A DNA stretch of 64,000 nt from contig OZ024741.1 of NCBI GenBank assembly GCA_964016885.1, positions 300,948,001-301,012,000 of the forward strand, in the 5' to 3' direction. The notes under the pieces were generated by a model. The model did not search any database, was not told the DNA's origin, and was given only the letters and a program-made list of their open reading frames with translations. This stretch comes from Eledone cirrhosa. Taxonomy: Eukaryota. A program made the position numbers and the translations under genes. Shown here piece after piece: positions 1-12,131 of the stretch (position 1 is its first letter; every line of letters begins with the position of its first letter).

Positions 1-368
1 CTGGTTTTGACTGTTGTAGGGGGCTTGTTTTGTGATTGTGTGTTAGTGATAGCAAGGTTGGTGTTGGGTGATGGCTAAAATGATTTTCTCTATCTCTTTT
101 ACCAGGCTCATGGCTAAAAAAGAAAGATTTTCTTTTGTTCAGGGAGCATATATATATATATATATATATAACGAAGGAAATGTGGTAAGGAACCAGATGG
201 ACCATAACGCACCAAAGTACTCAATACTTGAGGTAGTAGAGTGGGTAATAGGAACCAGTAAGACCCCGACAGCTGAGCTCAAGCTGAATTAGCCGTCGAA
301 ACGGCTTGAGCTCAGCTGTCGGGGTCTTACTGGTTCCTATATATATATATATATATATATATACAAGC

Positions 369-400
<32 letters not shown>

Positions 401-436
401 GCAAGCATATATATATATATGTATATATATATACAA

Positions 437-474
<38 letters not shown>

Positions 475-750
475 TAAAACATGTCTATATAATTACCAGA
501 TAAAATATATACCGTTTCCTCTCCCAATTAGCATAATTAACCATATAAAAAATCAATTAGACCAAGCTATAAGAATAAAGACTCCTATGAAGAAATCTCC
601 GACAAATAACCGAAACCAGCCCTTCGCGGCGGTTGCGATGGAGTATTTATCGAGTATTTCGACAGCGTGTATACATCGACCAGATATACAGTCAACTAAA
701 CAGAATTAGGTGTAAAATAAACTAGGAGAAAAGTGAACATATTTAGTTAC

Positions 751-824
751 CTCTACCATGGTTTCGTCCGCATTTTAAGATATCCGATAACATTGGAAAT
801 CTGGAGCACCGGACTCTTCAGGAG
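751..824 (-). ncRNA. Type I hammerhead ribozyme with extended helix II
   Basis: Minus strand reads CTC-CTGAAGA-GTCCG[39 nt with inner hairpin]CGGAC-GAAAC-CATG-GTA-GAG. Canonical core, 5-bp helix II base, palindromic helix III loop. Confidence 0.85.
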
Positions 825-1030
825 TTAGCTCAAATTTAGACAATTAATTTTCCAAAGTGATCGCGCCAAGAATACATTCAAAAATGGCTAAGAATTGTGA
901 CGTGACAGCGGTCAAGTTAGAAAGAATGTGATTAGTTGCTTACGGTTGGTGGCCTTTTGCTAGAAAGCGCAGCCCAATACAGCCAAAATTGTATCTCAAC
1001 CTAACGGGAGATTATTACATATAAAGGTTT

Positions 1031-1169
<139 letters not shown>

Positions 1170-1540
1170 GCAACGGGTCACTTTGTGGCTCAATGAAGAG
1201 TTAATAAATTAAACAATCAGAGCTATATATCATAAAACATGTTGCAAAACACACATATATATATATCTTGCGGAGGAGCTCAGCAGTACGGGGTTCAGGT
1301 ACGCCTGAGGTCGCGACGTTATTTGTTTATTTTACGTTCTTCTGCGAAGCGGGCTGCGGTGCCGGGGTTTGTGGCCGAAGCGACTAAGTTGGATGTGGAG
1401 AACGTGTCACAGCAGCTGGCGTCCCAGATGATGGATCTACCTCCTTCGAATGGGAAGAGGGTGGTAGCTTGGAGAATACTCATTTTTTTTCGTTGGAAAT
1501 CTTTAAAAATTACAAATATTATTAAGTATTTAATGATTAT

Positions 1541-1760
1541 GGTGGTGGATTGGCAGAATCGGTAGACTGCCGATTAAAAGGCTTTTGTGATATTTAGTTT
1601 CGATATTCTAACGTTCTGTGTTCAAATCCCGCCGAGGTCAGCTTTAGTATTCAGCCTTCTGGGGTTGATAAAATAAAGTACCAGTAACGCACAAGGTCGA
1701 TTTAATCGACTTTCTCGTGCCCCACTCCATTGTTGATCTTGTCTCTGAATTATAAACCAT
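1541..1760 (+). mobile_element. tRNA-derived SINE (Meta-domain-like core), diverged copy
   Basis: A-box TGGCAGAATCGG, B-box GTTCAAATCC, core ...CAGCCTTCTGGGGTTGATAAAATAAAGTACCAG shared with about 13 other copies in the window. Confidence 0.8.
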
Positions 1761-2652
1761 TATAAAAATTGTAATTGTTGTGTGTGTGTAGAAATATTTA
1801 AGAGCTGAGGAAAAGATTCATAAGCAGAGAATCAATACAGAGATTGCTAAACGTTACCTACAATCTAAAACACATAACTATTATATATACTGAAGTTTAT
1901 TTTTTGTTCTGGTGGGAAATATAAATTAAAAAAGTAATTTTTACATTAGGCTTTGAAACATTTTTTGTATCCGAATTCTTCAAAGAGATTTCTTTCATGA
2001 ACATTCTAGTTTAGCGCTCTTCAAATGGCTGTGAGAAAGTTGAAGGATTCAATTGCAGGAACTACATGTTATTCTAATTTTGGAACCTAAGATTCGTATC
2101 TTGTTATCGTTTACGTAGAATCTATTTAATAGAAGGAGTAGCTATCAGTGGGCTCGCAATCCAATCAGTCTTTTAGCTTCAAGTTATATGCAATTAAGTA
2201 GCAAAGATGATATTAGAAGTCTTCCTATAATTTTCTGTTCCACAAAAGTATATAAGTGAAAAAGAATTAATCATCCCATTTTAAAACGAATGACTAAATT
2301 ATAGACCTTACAATTCATCAAAGACCTTTTATTTTTCAGAAGTAAACTTGCATTTCATTTAACTTCTTCGATATATAGTTCTTAAATGGTGCTAATTTTC
2401 AAAGTAGCCGACTTAACCATATTTCCTTTTAGACATATAGGTGTTCTATAGTATTAAATAAATAAGAAATGTTAATAATTTAAATGCTGAGTTATATATA
2501 TATATAATTTTCTAACTTATAATCTCAATAAATTTCAGGAAAATGTATTCCTACTCATAGAGATTAATTATTCATAATATTAAAGTTTTCAAATTTAGTT
2601 TCAAAATACACCAAGTTTTCAAAATACACCAAGGCTACTAATATATAACTAT

Positions 2653-2694
<42 letters not shown>

Positions 2695-2843
2695 TAGATA
2701 GAAATGTAAGAGAAACACAAACATAAGACAATCCCCCTCTTCAGTTGGTTGTTGTGGGTCCCTGAGGTTTCGACTCATTAAAAATCATACATCTATCCAT
2801 AGTCTGTTAATAACTAGAAGTAGTTATTAGAGAAGGAAACAAC

Positions 2844-2968
<125 letters not shown>

Positions 2969-3090
2969 GATACATATACATATATACATATGTACATATG
3001 GGTTATATCAAACATTAATAATAATGTTCGATTCGTTTGTAACATAAGGCCCGATCGTCAACTGTTTGTTCAACACTAGCTTTGAGGAAT

Positions 3091-3130
3091 AATCAACATG
3101 TTTCTGGGTCATTACCTTTCATCAGGACTG
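3091..3130 (-). ncRNA. Minimal hammerhead-like motif
   Basis: CAGTC-CTGATGA-AA-GGT-AATG-ACC-CA-GAAAC-AT-GTT-GATT. The sister island at 4190-4321 has GACTG, which would complete a perfect helix I. Confidence 0.6.
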
Positions 3131-3317
3131 TATACCTCTACCAGTCTAGTGAACGGTTGAAAATGTATACTATTTTCTTAAGTACTTAACGGCTGAGTAG
3201 CCTCATTTCCATACCAAGCGAGTTACGGCTGGCCTTGCTGAATATTAAAAATAAAACTAGAATTTTATTTCTCGCCCTAGCACAGCTGAAATATAGATGT
3301 AAGTATGCACACGCACG

Positions 3318-3475
<158 letters not shown>

Positions 3476-3501
3476 AAAGAATAGAGGTGTAACACACAAG
3501 T

Positions 3502-3885
3502 TATATATTGGTAAACGGAATAGAAAATGCTGACAAATTGTTCACAGTTGAAAAATGGTTTAATTAGGAATAAAAGAGTATTAGTGATTGTATGGGTTAG
3601 TATTCAGTTGTGGTTTTAAGTTTTTAAGTTTTTACCGGTTGCGCATTTCTAAATGCTTTTCAAAAATAATTTTGAGATAGAGTGTCCGTGCTGTTTGAAA
3701 CAGCACGGACACTCTATCTCAAAATTATTTTTGAAAAGCATTTAGAAATGCGCAACCGGTAAAAACTTAAAAACTTAAAACCACAACTGAATACTAACCC
3801 ATACAATCACTAATACTCTTTTATTCCTAATTAAACCATTTTTCAACTGTGAACAATTTGTCAGCATTTTCTATTCCGTTTACCA

Positions 3886-3892
<7 letters not shown>
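3502..3892. repeat. Perfect ~390-bp palindrome (fold-back), centre 3697
   Basis: Arms are reverse complements around ...GCTGTTT-G-AAACAGC... Each arm carries TTGAAAA-GCATTT-AG-AAATGC-GCAAC-CG-GTA (3728-3764 on +), a hammerhead-like motif with GCAA in place of GAAA. Confidence 0.9.
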
Positions 3893-3916
<24 letters not shown>

Positions 3917-3996
3917 TGAGATGAGCGGAACAAGCAAACATTAAACAATCTTTTAAATAAATTAAAATTCGATTTAAATATTCACCTGTCCAAAAT

Positions 3997-4075
3997 GCTA
4001 TTACCGACGGTTTCGCTTCACAAAAGATTGGAAATCCAGAGAATTTCCAACGGAAAGATCCGCTCTTCAGATAGC
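3997..4075 (-). ncRNA. Type I hammerhead ribozyme with branched helix II insertion
   Basis: GCTAT-CTGAAGA-GC[two hairpins, including TTGGAAATTC/GGATTTCCAA]GC-GAAA-CC-GTC-GG-TA-ATAGC. Perfect 5-bp helix I. Confidence 0.85.
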
Positions 4076-4151
4076 TATTTCGATTCTAAAGGGCGTAAAG
4101 TCTCACAGTTTGTAAATATATCGCCCACTGCATACACACACCCACACACAC

Positions 4152-4191
<40 letters not shown>

Positions 4192-4350
4192 GTTATATTG
4201 AACATTAATAATAATGTTCGATTCCTTTGTAAACAAACAGCCCGATTTGAAGCTGTGCCGTGCCGGTGACGGATCGGCACCTGTTTGTTCAACACTGGCT
4301 TTGAGGAACAGTCAACATGTTATCAACGTATATATATATATATGTGTATG

Positions 4351-4386
<36 letters not shown>

Positions 4387-4454
4387 TGTATGTGTGTGTG
4401 TGTGTGCGTGTATCTCGGGTTCAATCGAGAGTAACCACAGTAAGGTACTCAATA

Positions 4455-4944
4455 CAGTATAAATATAGAAATGGCTTCTACAGCACTGGAACTGTTTTAT
4501 TGGAAGGAAATCATCAGGAAAGCTGACTATCAATGTGACATGGCGGTATTTATACATTTTCTGGTGGTAGGAGAAAGTGGAGATTGGGATAGGTGGAGTG
4601 TCATTAGCTGGTGGATTTAAAGAATGGGGATTCTTTGAAAAAACTATACTTAGACTTTAACAGAGAATGTTAATACAACCACTTAATGAAAACCCTTTGT
4701 TTGCTTAGAATGAATGAAACTTGAAAATTAAGAGTGCCTTCATTTGAATCACTCTCTATCACTATGCATTTTCTCTAATCACCATCCTTTAAATTCATTA
4801 GCCAACGACCTCCACCCATCCCAATCACGACCTTCCCCTACCAGCAGAAAATGTATATATATATACTACCATATCACAGTAACGGCTTTCCTGATGATTT
4901 CCTTCGAATGAAACAGTTCCAGTCATGTAGAAGCCATTTCTATT

Positions 4945-4950
<6 letters not shown>
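4455..4950. repeat. Diverged inverted repeat (~180-bp arms, ~150-bp spacer)
   Basis: ATAGAAATGGCTTCTACA...ATTTAAAGAATGG mirrors CCATCCTTTAAAT...TGTAGAAGCCATTTCTAT with scattered mismatches. Confidence 0.8.
4884..4935 (+). ncRNA. Hammerhead-like motif (degenerate mirror copy at ~4473-4524, minus strand)
   Basis: GGCTTTC-CTGATGA-T-TTC-CTTC-GAA-T-GAAAC-AGTTCCAGTCAT-GTA-GAAGCC. The mirror copy has AAAAC in place of GAAAC. Confidence 0.6.
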
Positions 4951-4980
<30 letters not shown>

Positions 4981-5033
4981 TTTCTGAATTTGTTTAGCAA
5001 GATTCTTTATCTGAAATCGTGTGTTGAAACCGA

Positions 5034-5408
5034 TATTGTTATACTTTGGGAGGGTCATGTTGCCAATAAATAGATAAATGAACACAAACATACACAGACA
5101 CCCGGATGTGGCGCATGCGTAATCTGAGCACACAACACACACACATAAACAAAATGGCGTAGGACAGAAGAAAGGAAAGGAACAGAAACAAAGAAAGGAA
5201 TCCCCAGTCACTGAAGAGGTCACAGAGTGTGTGACGAAAGGACTATGACTATATATAAACAACTATCTGGTTGTGGAACCAACCAACCAACCAGAAATTT
5301 ATAAGTTTGTAGATTTGTAAATTTATAAATTTATAAATATATAATAAATTGAAGTGAAAGCAACTGGTGCGTGTGTTTCTTATTGGCAACATGACCCTCC
5401 CAAAGTAT

Positions 5409-5415
<7 letters not shown>
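5034..5415 (+). mobile_element. Small non-autonomous element with ~36-bp inverted ends and an internal hammerhead
   Basis: Left end TATTGTTATACTTTGGGAGGGTCATGTTGCCAATAA is the reverse complement of the right end. Relatives at 12246-12305, 17911-18130, 19203-21523 and 22821-23004. Confidence 0.75.
5206..5250 (+). ncRNA. Minimal type I hammerhead ribozyme
   Basis: AGTCA-CTGAAGA-G-GTCACA-GAGTG-TGTGAC-GAAA-GGAC-TA-TGACT. 5-bp helix I, 6-bp helix II. Confidence 0.8.
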
Positions 5416-5484
<69 letters not shown>

Positions 5485-5556
5485 AAAAAGAGATGAAATC
5501 GAAAATGCAACTGGAGTCTTATTTTTTTTTTTTTAAATATATATATTTATTTGGTT

Positions 5557-5594
5557 CCTTTACCGGTTTCGCAGTTCTTCTGCTTTTCAAAAGG
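5557..5594 (-). ncRNA. Minimal type I hammerhead, U3-A8 core variant
   Basis: CCTT-TTGAAAA-GCAG-AAGAA-CTGC-GAAA-CCGG-TA-AAGG. Helices I and II fully paired, palindromic helix III. Confidence 0.8.
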
Positions 5595-5802
5595 TGAGTT
5601 GAGATGGAGGGTCTGTGGTTTTTCTCACATCTGGTTGGTCTCTGAATGTTACTTGCCTTCAATGAGGTGAGTTTTAAAAAAAAAACAAAAAAAAAACAAA
5701 AAAATAAGACTCCAGTTGCATTTTCGATTTCATCTCTTTTTCTTTATACTTTCACTCGTGTAGGACACCTCGGTTATTTTTCATTTTGTAAAAAAACCTC
5801 AC

Positions 5803-5853
<51 letters not shown>

Positions 5854-5858
<5 letters not shown>

Positions 5859-6106
5859 ATATTAAATAAATGGAAACTATATACATAAAACCATATTTAT
5901 TCTATTATATATATTTCAAGATAACCAAAACTTTGGTACGCGATCGTCAGATGAAATACAAAGTTTGTTTTATAAATATTGACATAACCAGGAAAGAAGA
6001 AGTTAACGGTTCATGTTTTTCCTGGATAGTCCAGGATACACTTGAAATATATATAATAGAATAAATATGGTTTTATAAATATAGTTTCCATTTATTTAAT
6101 ATCATT
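5854..6106. repeat. Inverted repeat (~70-bp arms)
   Basis: CAATGATATTAAATAAATGGAAACTAT...ATTTCAAG versus CTTGAAAT...ATAGTTTCCATTTATTTAATATCATTG. Confidence 0.85.
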
Positions 6107-6230
6107 GAATATTATACTCCAGAAAACGCGTCGAGTGCTTTGAATCCGTTATAAACTTTTATATTTGTTGAATTACCAATAAATTGAATATCCCTTTCGC
6201 TTATATTTATATATATATATATATATATTT

Positions 6231-6497
6231 ATAGTAAAACTCATTATTTTACGATTGTTTCTAGGGGGCAGTTCTCCGTATGTTCATTCTATTAGTGATC
6301 TATGTCAACTATATTACAAATTATCAAGAAAATATACATAAGTCTTCCCTAACCGCCGTCTTCAGAAGACGGCGGGTAGGGAAGACGCATGCATATTTTC
6401 TTGATAATTTGTAATATATTTTACATAGATCACTAATAGAAAGAATATACGGAGAACTGCCTCCTAGAAAAGATGGTAAAATAATGAGTTTTACTAT
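6231..6497. repeat. Imperfect palindrome (fold-back), centre 6364
   Basis: Arms of ~133 bp mirror around CCGCCGTCTTC-A-GAAGACGGCGG with multiple substitutions. Confidence 0.9.
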
Positions 6498-6661
6498 GAA
6501 TTACCCGTAATTTGTTTAATTTCATTGTTTTCACTATTTGTATTATATATATATATATATATTAGAGATGTCAACGTGAATAGACCTGTTATTTTTATCT
6601 AAAGACATTTTTTCCAAATCCATCCGGCCCGCCCCCTCAATCTAGCTTATTTCTCATTCTT

Positions 6662-6697
6662 TCTTCTGATGAAGGACTAGCGTCCGAAACGTTTAGA
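6662..6697 (+). ncRNA. Minimal hammerhead with loopless palindromic helix III
   Basis: TCTT-CTGATGA-A-GGAC-TAGC-GTCC-GAAAC-GT-T-TAGA. Paralogue at 22157-22192 has AAGA (restoring helix I) but GTGATGA in the core. Confidence 0.75.
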
Positions 6698-6883
6698 CCC
6701 TCTTCCTGCTATATCAAGCGTTAACCTAATATATTCCTTCCGTATACTGTACCGATTCTGTTGTTATTTATGTTTACCTTTTATATATATATATATATAT
6801 ACTAATAATAATAAATTTGAAGACTAAAATCCAAAGAGGGCTCGATAAGGATGAATATATATCGAATATATAAGAACCGTATA

Positions 6884-6948
<65 letters not shown>

Positions 6949-7134
6949 AATTTATATCTAGTAACATTTATATACATACAGATGCATATCAATGCTAGCA
7001 AATATATAGGTTTTGTCTTAGTAACGTTGTGGTTCAATGCATGGGGTTGCAGAACAATAATATGAGAGACGTAAGATAAGAAAATTATAAAATTATAAAA
7101 AGATTATAAAATTGACTTACTTACTAAAATATCA

Positions 7135-7214
7135 CTTTCAACTAATTAGTTTCTGGAATGGAGTAAATATATTTTACGAAGATCATATGGAAAAGCATTC
7201 CGCCGTCAGGAAAG
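7135..7214 (-). ncRNA. Hammerhead, copy with A9-to-G change
   Basis: CTTTC-CTGACGG-C-GGAATG...CATTCC-A-GAAA-CTAATTAG-TT-GAAAG. Confidence 0.65.
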
Positions 7215-7676
7215 TCTCTTTTCGTGTAAGTTTCCAGGCATAGCGAGGACTCTGGAAACTTATTAAAAAAAATAATTCAGTAGATAGGAAATAGCGAAGC
7301 GTGGACTGAAATCCTAGCCATTGAGAAAATCACTGCCTCTACGTCTGTGGCAAATTCAAAAAGAATCAATCACGTGATATCGAGGTCAATCAGTGGAAAG
7401 CGAGTTGTTAATAAGACGGCAGCCTGCTTACTACTATAGCAGCAGTCATGGCCAATATTGCTCGACAAATGAATTGGAGATAATTATAAAGAATTTATAT
7501 CTAGTAACATTTATATACATACAGATGCATATCAATGCTAGCAAATATATGGTTTTGTCTTAGTAACGTTGTGGTTCAATGCATGGGGTTGCAGAACAAT
7601 AATATAAGAGACGTAAAATAAGAAAATTATAAAATTATAAAAAGATTATAAAATTGACTTACTTACTAAAATATCA

Positions 7677-7756
7677 CTTTCAACTAATTAGTTTCTGGAA
7701 TGGAGTAAATATATTTTACGAAGATCATATAGAAAAGCATTCCGTCGTCAGGAAAG
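7677..7756 (-). ncRNA. Type I hammerhead with extended helix II
   Basis: CTTTC-CTGACGA-C-GGAATG[insert]CATTCC-A-GAAA-CTAATTAG-TT-GAAAG. 5-bp helix I, 6-bp helix II, palindromic helix III. Confidence 0.85.
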
Positions 7757-7946
7757 ACTCGAGAGATTAACACAAATATAAATTTAGCGAGAATCGCATT
7801 TCGGCGAGTAGAAATTAGCGAAACGCAACTTCTGATTTTTGTTGGCAAGCGCTCTGTGGACCAAAATAGACCAGAGCAATAAACATGAGTTATAAAGGCC
7901 ATACAAACTGAGATGGCGGTTAAGAAGCTATTAACCACCTAAGCCT
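7755..7946 (-). repeat. ~190-bp unclassified interspersed repeat (inverted copy of 9427-9618)
   Basis: Near-identical reverse complement of 9427-9618; third diverged copy at 10043-10214. Confidence 0.85.
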
Positions 7947-7970
7947 ATATATATACACACACACATATGT

Positions 7971-8506
7971 GTGGGTTGTAATTGTGCTAACGACAGCTGC
8001 GGTAGCGTAGGTAACAACGTAGGCAGCAACAATGATAGCCTTACCGTGGGAAATAGACGGAACCGCCACAGAAATTGCAACTGCCGCGACAGAGGACGCT
8101 GCCCCCTTAGAGGATACTGCTTGACTGATAGGGTTATATATATAGATGCACTATTACTAGCCACAATAGCGTTAAACATTATATAGGGGCCACCTCCGGC
8201 CCGTTCAAAATTAGGTTTCGAACACATCTCCACTCTTTCACAAATAGAAAACTAAGGCACTCCACTTCGCTCGCGGACTACATCACATCACTAAAGGACT
8301 TAAACATCACCTTCTCCACGCACTGGGAGATTGTCGGCAGGGCTGCACCGTACAACTTCAAGAGGAAATGCGATCTTTGCCTCATGGAGCTCTACCACAT
8401 CATAACTGCACCCCATGAGCTCATCAACAGTAGAGCTGAAACAGCGATAAGTTGTACACATCGCTTAAAAATATCCTTCTTTAGATGGGTTAAGAATGAA
8501 GAGTGA
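7971..8506 (+). pseudogene. Penelope-like element GIY-YIG endonuclease fragment (frameshifted)
   Basis: CNCRDRGRCPLRGYCLTDRVIY, then in a shifted frame YIGATSGPFKIRFRTHLHSF...WEIVGRAAPYN...CDLCLMELYHI...INSRAE...CTHR, stop at 8504-8506. Confidence 0.9.
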
Positions 8507-8795
8507 AATAGTGCACTGGATCTCCCTGCAACAAGTCTTAACACCCCGGCGGGCAGGCGCAGCAAAATAACACCCAGAAAACAATCCTTGCATACCAGAC
8601 CCAGCCTCAGACAAACGGATGCGGCAAAGAAAAAAAAATATTATCCGGGAAAGACTGCCCTAACACCGGCCAGAGTTACCTCCCTTGACCTGCTGCAAAA
8701 TCAAAACAAGATATTTTTGCGAGCATTGAATCTTGATGTAGATTTAACCCCCAAAACTCTTTCCGAACTATATAAGGAACACTTGTAATTATTTA

Positions 8796-8835
8796 TGCCT
8801 TTGAGAAGCCCAACTGGGCGAAACGTACGTAGGTG
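8796..8835 (+). ncRNA. Minimal hammerhead (U3-A8 variant) in the Penelope 3' region
   Basis: TGCCT-TTGAGAA-GCCC-AACT-GGGC-GAAAC-GTAC-GTA-GGTG, about 290 bp after the GIY-YIG stop on the same strand. Helix I is imperfect. Confidence 0.7.
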
Positions 8836-9050
8836 ATATTTTAAATAAACATGTTTTAACGGTCTATTCTCCGATTTTTTACTTTCCCACGTGCTTACGC
8901 TCTGCTAACTCTCTAGCCCACTAAATATTAACACTTCGAATATTTAATACTGCCGACACTAGTATCGAGCACCTTTGGCATACGCTACTTGGCAAATAAC
9001 TATATGTATCACCTATCCCTCCTTTTTCTCTCTTTCTCGATACGTAAATA

Positions 9051-9426
<376 letters not shown>

Positions 9427-10214
9427 AGGCTTAGGTGGTTAATAGCTTCTTAACCGCCATCTCAGTTTGTACGGCCTTTATAACTCATGTTTATTGCTCT
9501 GGTCTATTTTGGTCCATAGAGCGCTTGCCAACAAAAATCAGAAGTTGCGTTTCGCTAATTTCTACTCGCCGAAATGCGATTCTCGCTAAATTTATATTTG
9601 TGTTAATCTCTCGAGTCTAGCAATTAACCAGTTCTTTTTTTTTTTTCTTAGTTAATTCTATTAACTGATTAATTGCTTAAGTTTATTTTAAAAACTACTC
9701 GGTCGAGAGCTTAATTCGTTTTGTGCTATTTTTGCAATTTTTGCATTGACTACACATACTGAATTAATTTGCCAAAACCTGGGGTTTTCTCCCCTTTCGG
9801 GTTCACAGGTGCTTTCAAAACACTGTGAGATTCTAATCCTTGCGCAGAACAAATTGCCTGTTGAGAACGTGATATCCTTATTCGATCATTATACCAAAAG
9901 TTTTTTTTTAAGCAAACAGTATTATTGATTTAGGTGTTGCAGAAACCCTGTATTGTATTTTACCATCATTTGCGTTGGGTCCGGGTAAATATTTCAATCA
10001 TATCATATTTTGTTTGACCCGCTTAGCTTGTTCGCATTTTTGGGCTTAGGTGGTTAATATCTTCTTAACCGCCATCTCAGTTTGTGTGGCCTTTATAACA
10101 TATGTTTATTGCTCTGGTCTATTCTGGTCCATAGAGTGCTTGCCAACACAAATCGGAAGTTGCGTTTCGCTAATTTCTACTCGCCGAAATGCAATTCTCG
10201 GTAAATTTATATTT
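9427..10214 (+). mobile_element. Unclassified element with ~170-190-bp terminal direct repeats (period ~615)
   Basis: GGCTTAGGTGGTTAATA...TAAATTTATATTT at 9428 and 10043, flanked by (TA)n tracts. Confidence 0.6.
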
Positions 10215-10219
10215 ATATT

Positions 10220-10356
<137 letters not shown>

Positions 10357-10618
10357 CTATATATATTATCGAAACGGCCGGAACTCAGCCGTCGGGGTCT
10401 TGAATCTGTTCATATATATATATATAGAGAGAGAGAGATGTGTGTATTTGAGGTTATGTCAGTGTGTGTGCATGTGTATGTTAGTATATGTTTGTGCTCG
10501 TATGCTTGTATATCTGTTTGAGTGGTGTGTATTTTGTGAGAACAGTAAGATCTATTTCTTTTCTTTTTAGTAGAATTCATATATATAAACATATATATAA
10601 ACATATATCTTTAACAAA

Positions 10619-10682
<64 letters not shown>

Positions 10683-10685
<3 letters not shown>

Positions 10686-12131
10686 AGTGTAAGTCAAACA
10701 TGGGTTTGTTGTTAGTCCTCAAAGGTACTGGAATCACATGGGCAAGAATAAACGAATTTCAGCGTCAAAAGGATATGCTTCCATGTCATTGGTCAGCAAT
10801 CATACCACCTCCCAGCCGAAAGTCTATTGAAATTCTTCAGAAACAGTTCAGCCTTTTATTGTTGCTTTTATCAGTTTGTTCAAGTCCAGCTCACCTACTT
10901 TCCCGTGGTGGTAGTGGTAGTGTAGTTAGCAGGTCAGACAGCAAGTCAACCATGGCCGGCTGTTGTTTTGAGAGGAATAATCTTTTTGTTGATTGGCAAA
11001 GTTCATTGTTTCTCTTTGCAACTAAGTCTTATAGTGGGAGATGCCAAACAGAAAATACGTGTGTTTAAACAAATAAAATACCTGTGTGTCAAAATCCAGA
11101 AGTGTAAAGAATTACAATTCTTATTTCACCATAAGGTACATACGCGCATGTGTCCGCCAACGCACGCCATTGCGCGTACACACGTATAAACACAGACTCG
11201 GGTGCATTCACATATTCACGTCCACACAGTCACACACGTCGGAACGCATACATGCACGCATACACACAATTGCATATACTCGGATACACACACGGACACA
11301 CAGTCAAAGGTCACCGCATGGGATGGGGAGAGAAGTAAATAGTAATAGGCGTGTCCTATTTACTTGCGGTACTTAGCACTGACCCTTGCGTGTGAAGGGG
11401 GTCAGGTTCGAGGCAGCATATACTCCGGATACTCTTATCATAAGCCGGGGTTGGGTGTTGAGGCCCGTTGGTCGGAAACGTAGGGTGCCTGGTTGCACAC
11501 AGGGGAGGACTCCACCGGCGTACTTTGTCTCGCTAAATTATCTAGTGTCCTCTAACTTGGGTTCTGGTTAAGGAAATGAGAGAGAGAGAGAGGGCTTAAC
11601 CACAGCAGTGTGAGGCACGGTTCTAGCTGCTAGATTAGTGTGGTGTTATAATATGTGCTAATCGAGGCGGGAGGAGAGGAGGGATACAGACTGGTATAGG
11701 GGGTAGCTTCGGTGTACCTTGGGCTCGCTGTGACGGGGTTGCTACCCGTATACCTTGAGGAAGGTTCTCGCCCTAAGGTGTCTACAGGTACCAAAGAAAT
11801 CGGTCCTGAGGTTTGATTAGGCGACTCCTGCCACTGAGTGTCTCGAGGGTCTTGTTCAAACAGAGTTTGCAGTTTCCAGATCACCCTCTGTCAGGTGGCA
11901 CTTTCCTAATCTTGTACCAGGCCAGAGAGTACGGGGTCCTGTCCAGCTTGAGCTTCCAGATCAATTCGGGAAGAGCCGTACTTTTCCTCTTGTCCTCCCT
12001 ATTAAAGGAATGGCGACGGTTATACCATCTGTCTTGCCTTAATTCCTACTTCCTGGTGAGGTCACTGAAATATGTATAGCAGCGAATTGGTATAAACGAA
12101 GCCAACTTTAACATGTTTGACTTACACTTAT
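10683..12131. mobile_element. ~1.45-kb non-coding element with 20-bp perfect terminal inverted repeats (MITE or solo LTR)
   Basis: ATAAGTGTAAGTCAAACATG at 10683 and CATGTTTGACTTACACTTAT ending at 12131. Internal TGT...ACA termini at 10688/12126. Confidence 0.6.

Larger units (their letters stand above)
6942..7756 (-). mobile_element. Partial-tandem element: two ~270-bp direct repeats (period ~542) each containing a hammerhead
   Basis: 6942-7214 and 7485-7756 are near-identical and separated by ~270 bp of unique sequence. Confidence 0.8.

Noticed and set aside
248-340. Hairpin containing GAAAC-GGCT..AGCT-GTC-GGGG (similar at ~10371-10398)
   Set aside because: Looks like only the 3' half of a hammerhead; no CUGANGA with a matching helix I upstream.
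1792-1893. Short open frame KYLRAEEKIHKQRINTEIAKRYLQSK after a possible AG
   Set aside because: No pyrimidine tract and no recognisable homology, so it cannot be supported as an exon.
6245-6335. Possible long U3-A8 hammerhead (TTGATAA...GAAACAATCGTA) in the palindrome arm
   Set aside because: Helix I and helix II pairing are too poor.
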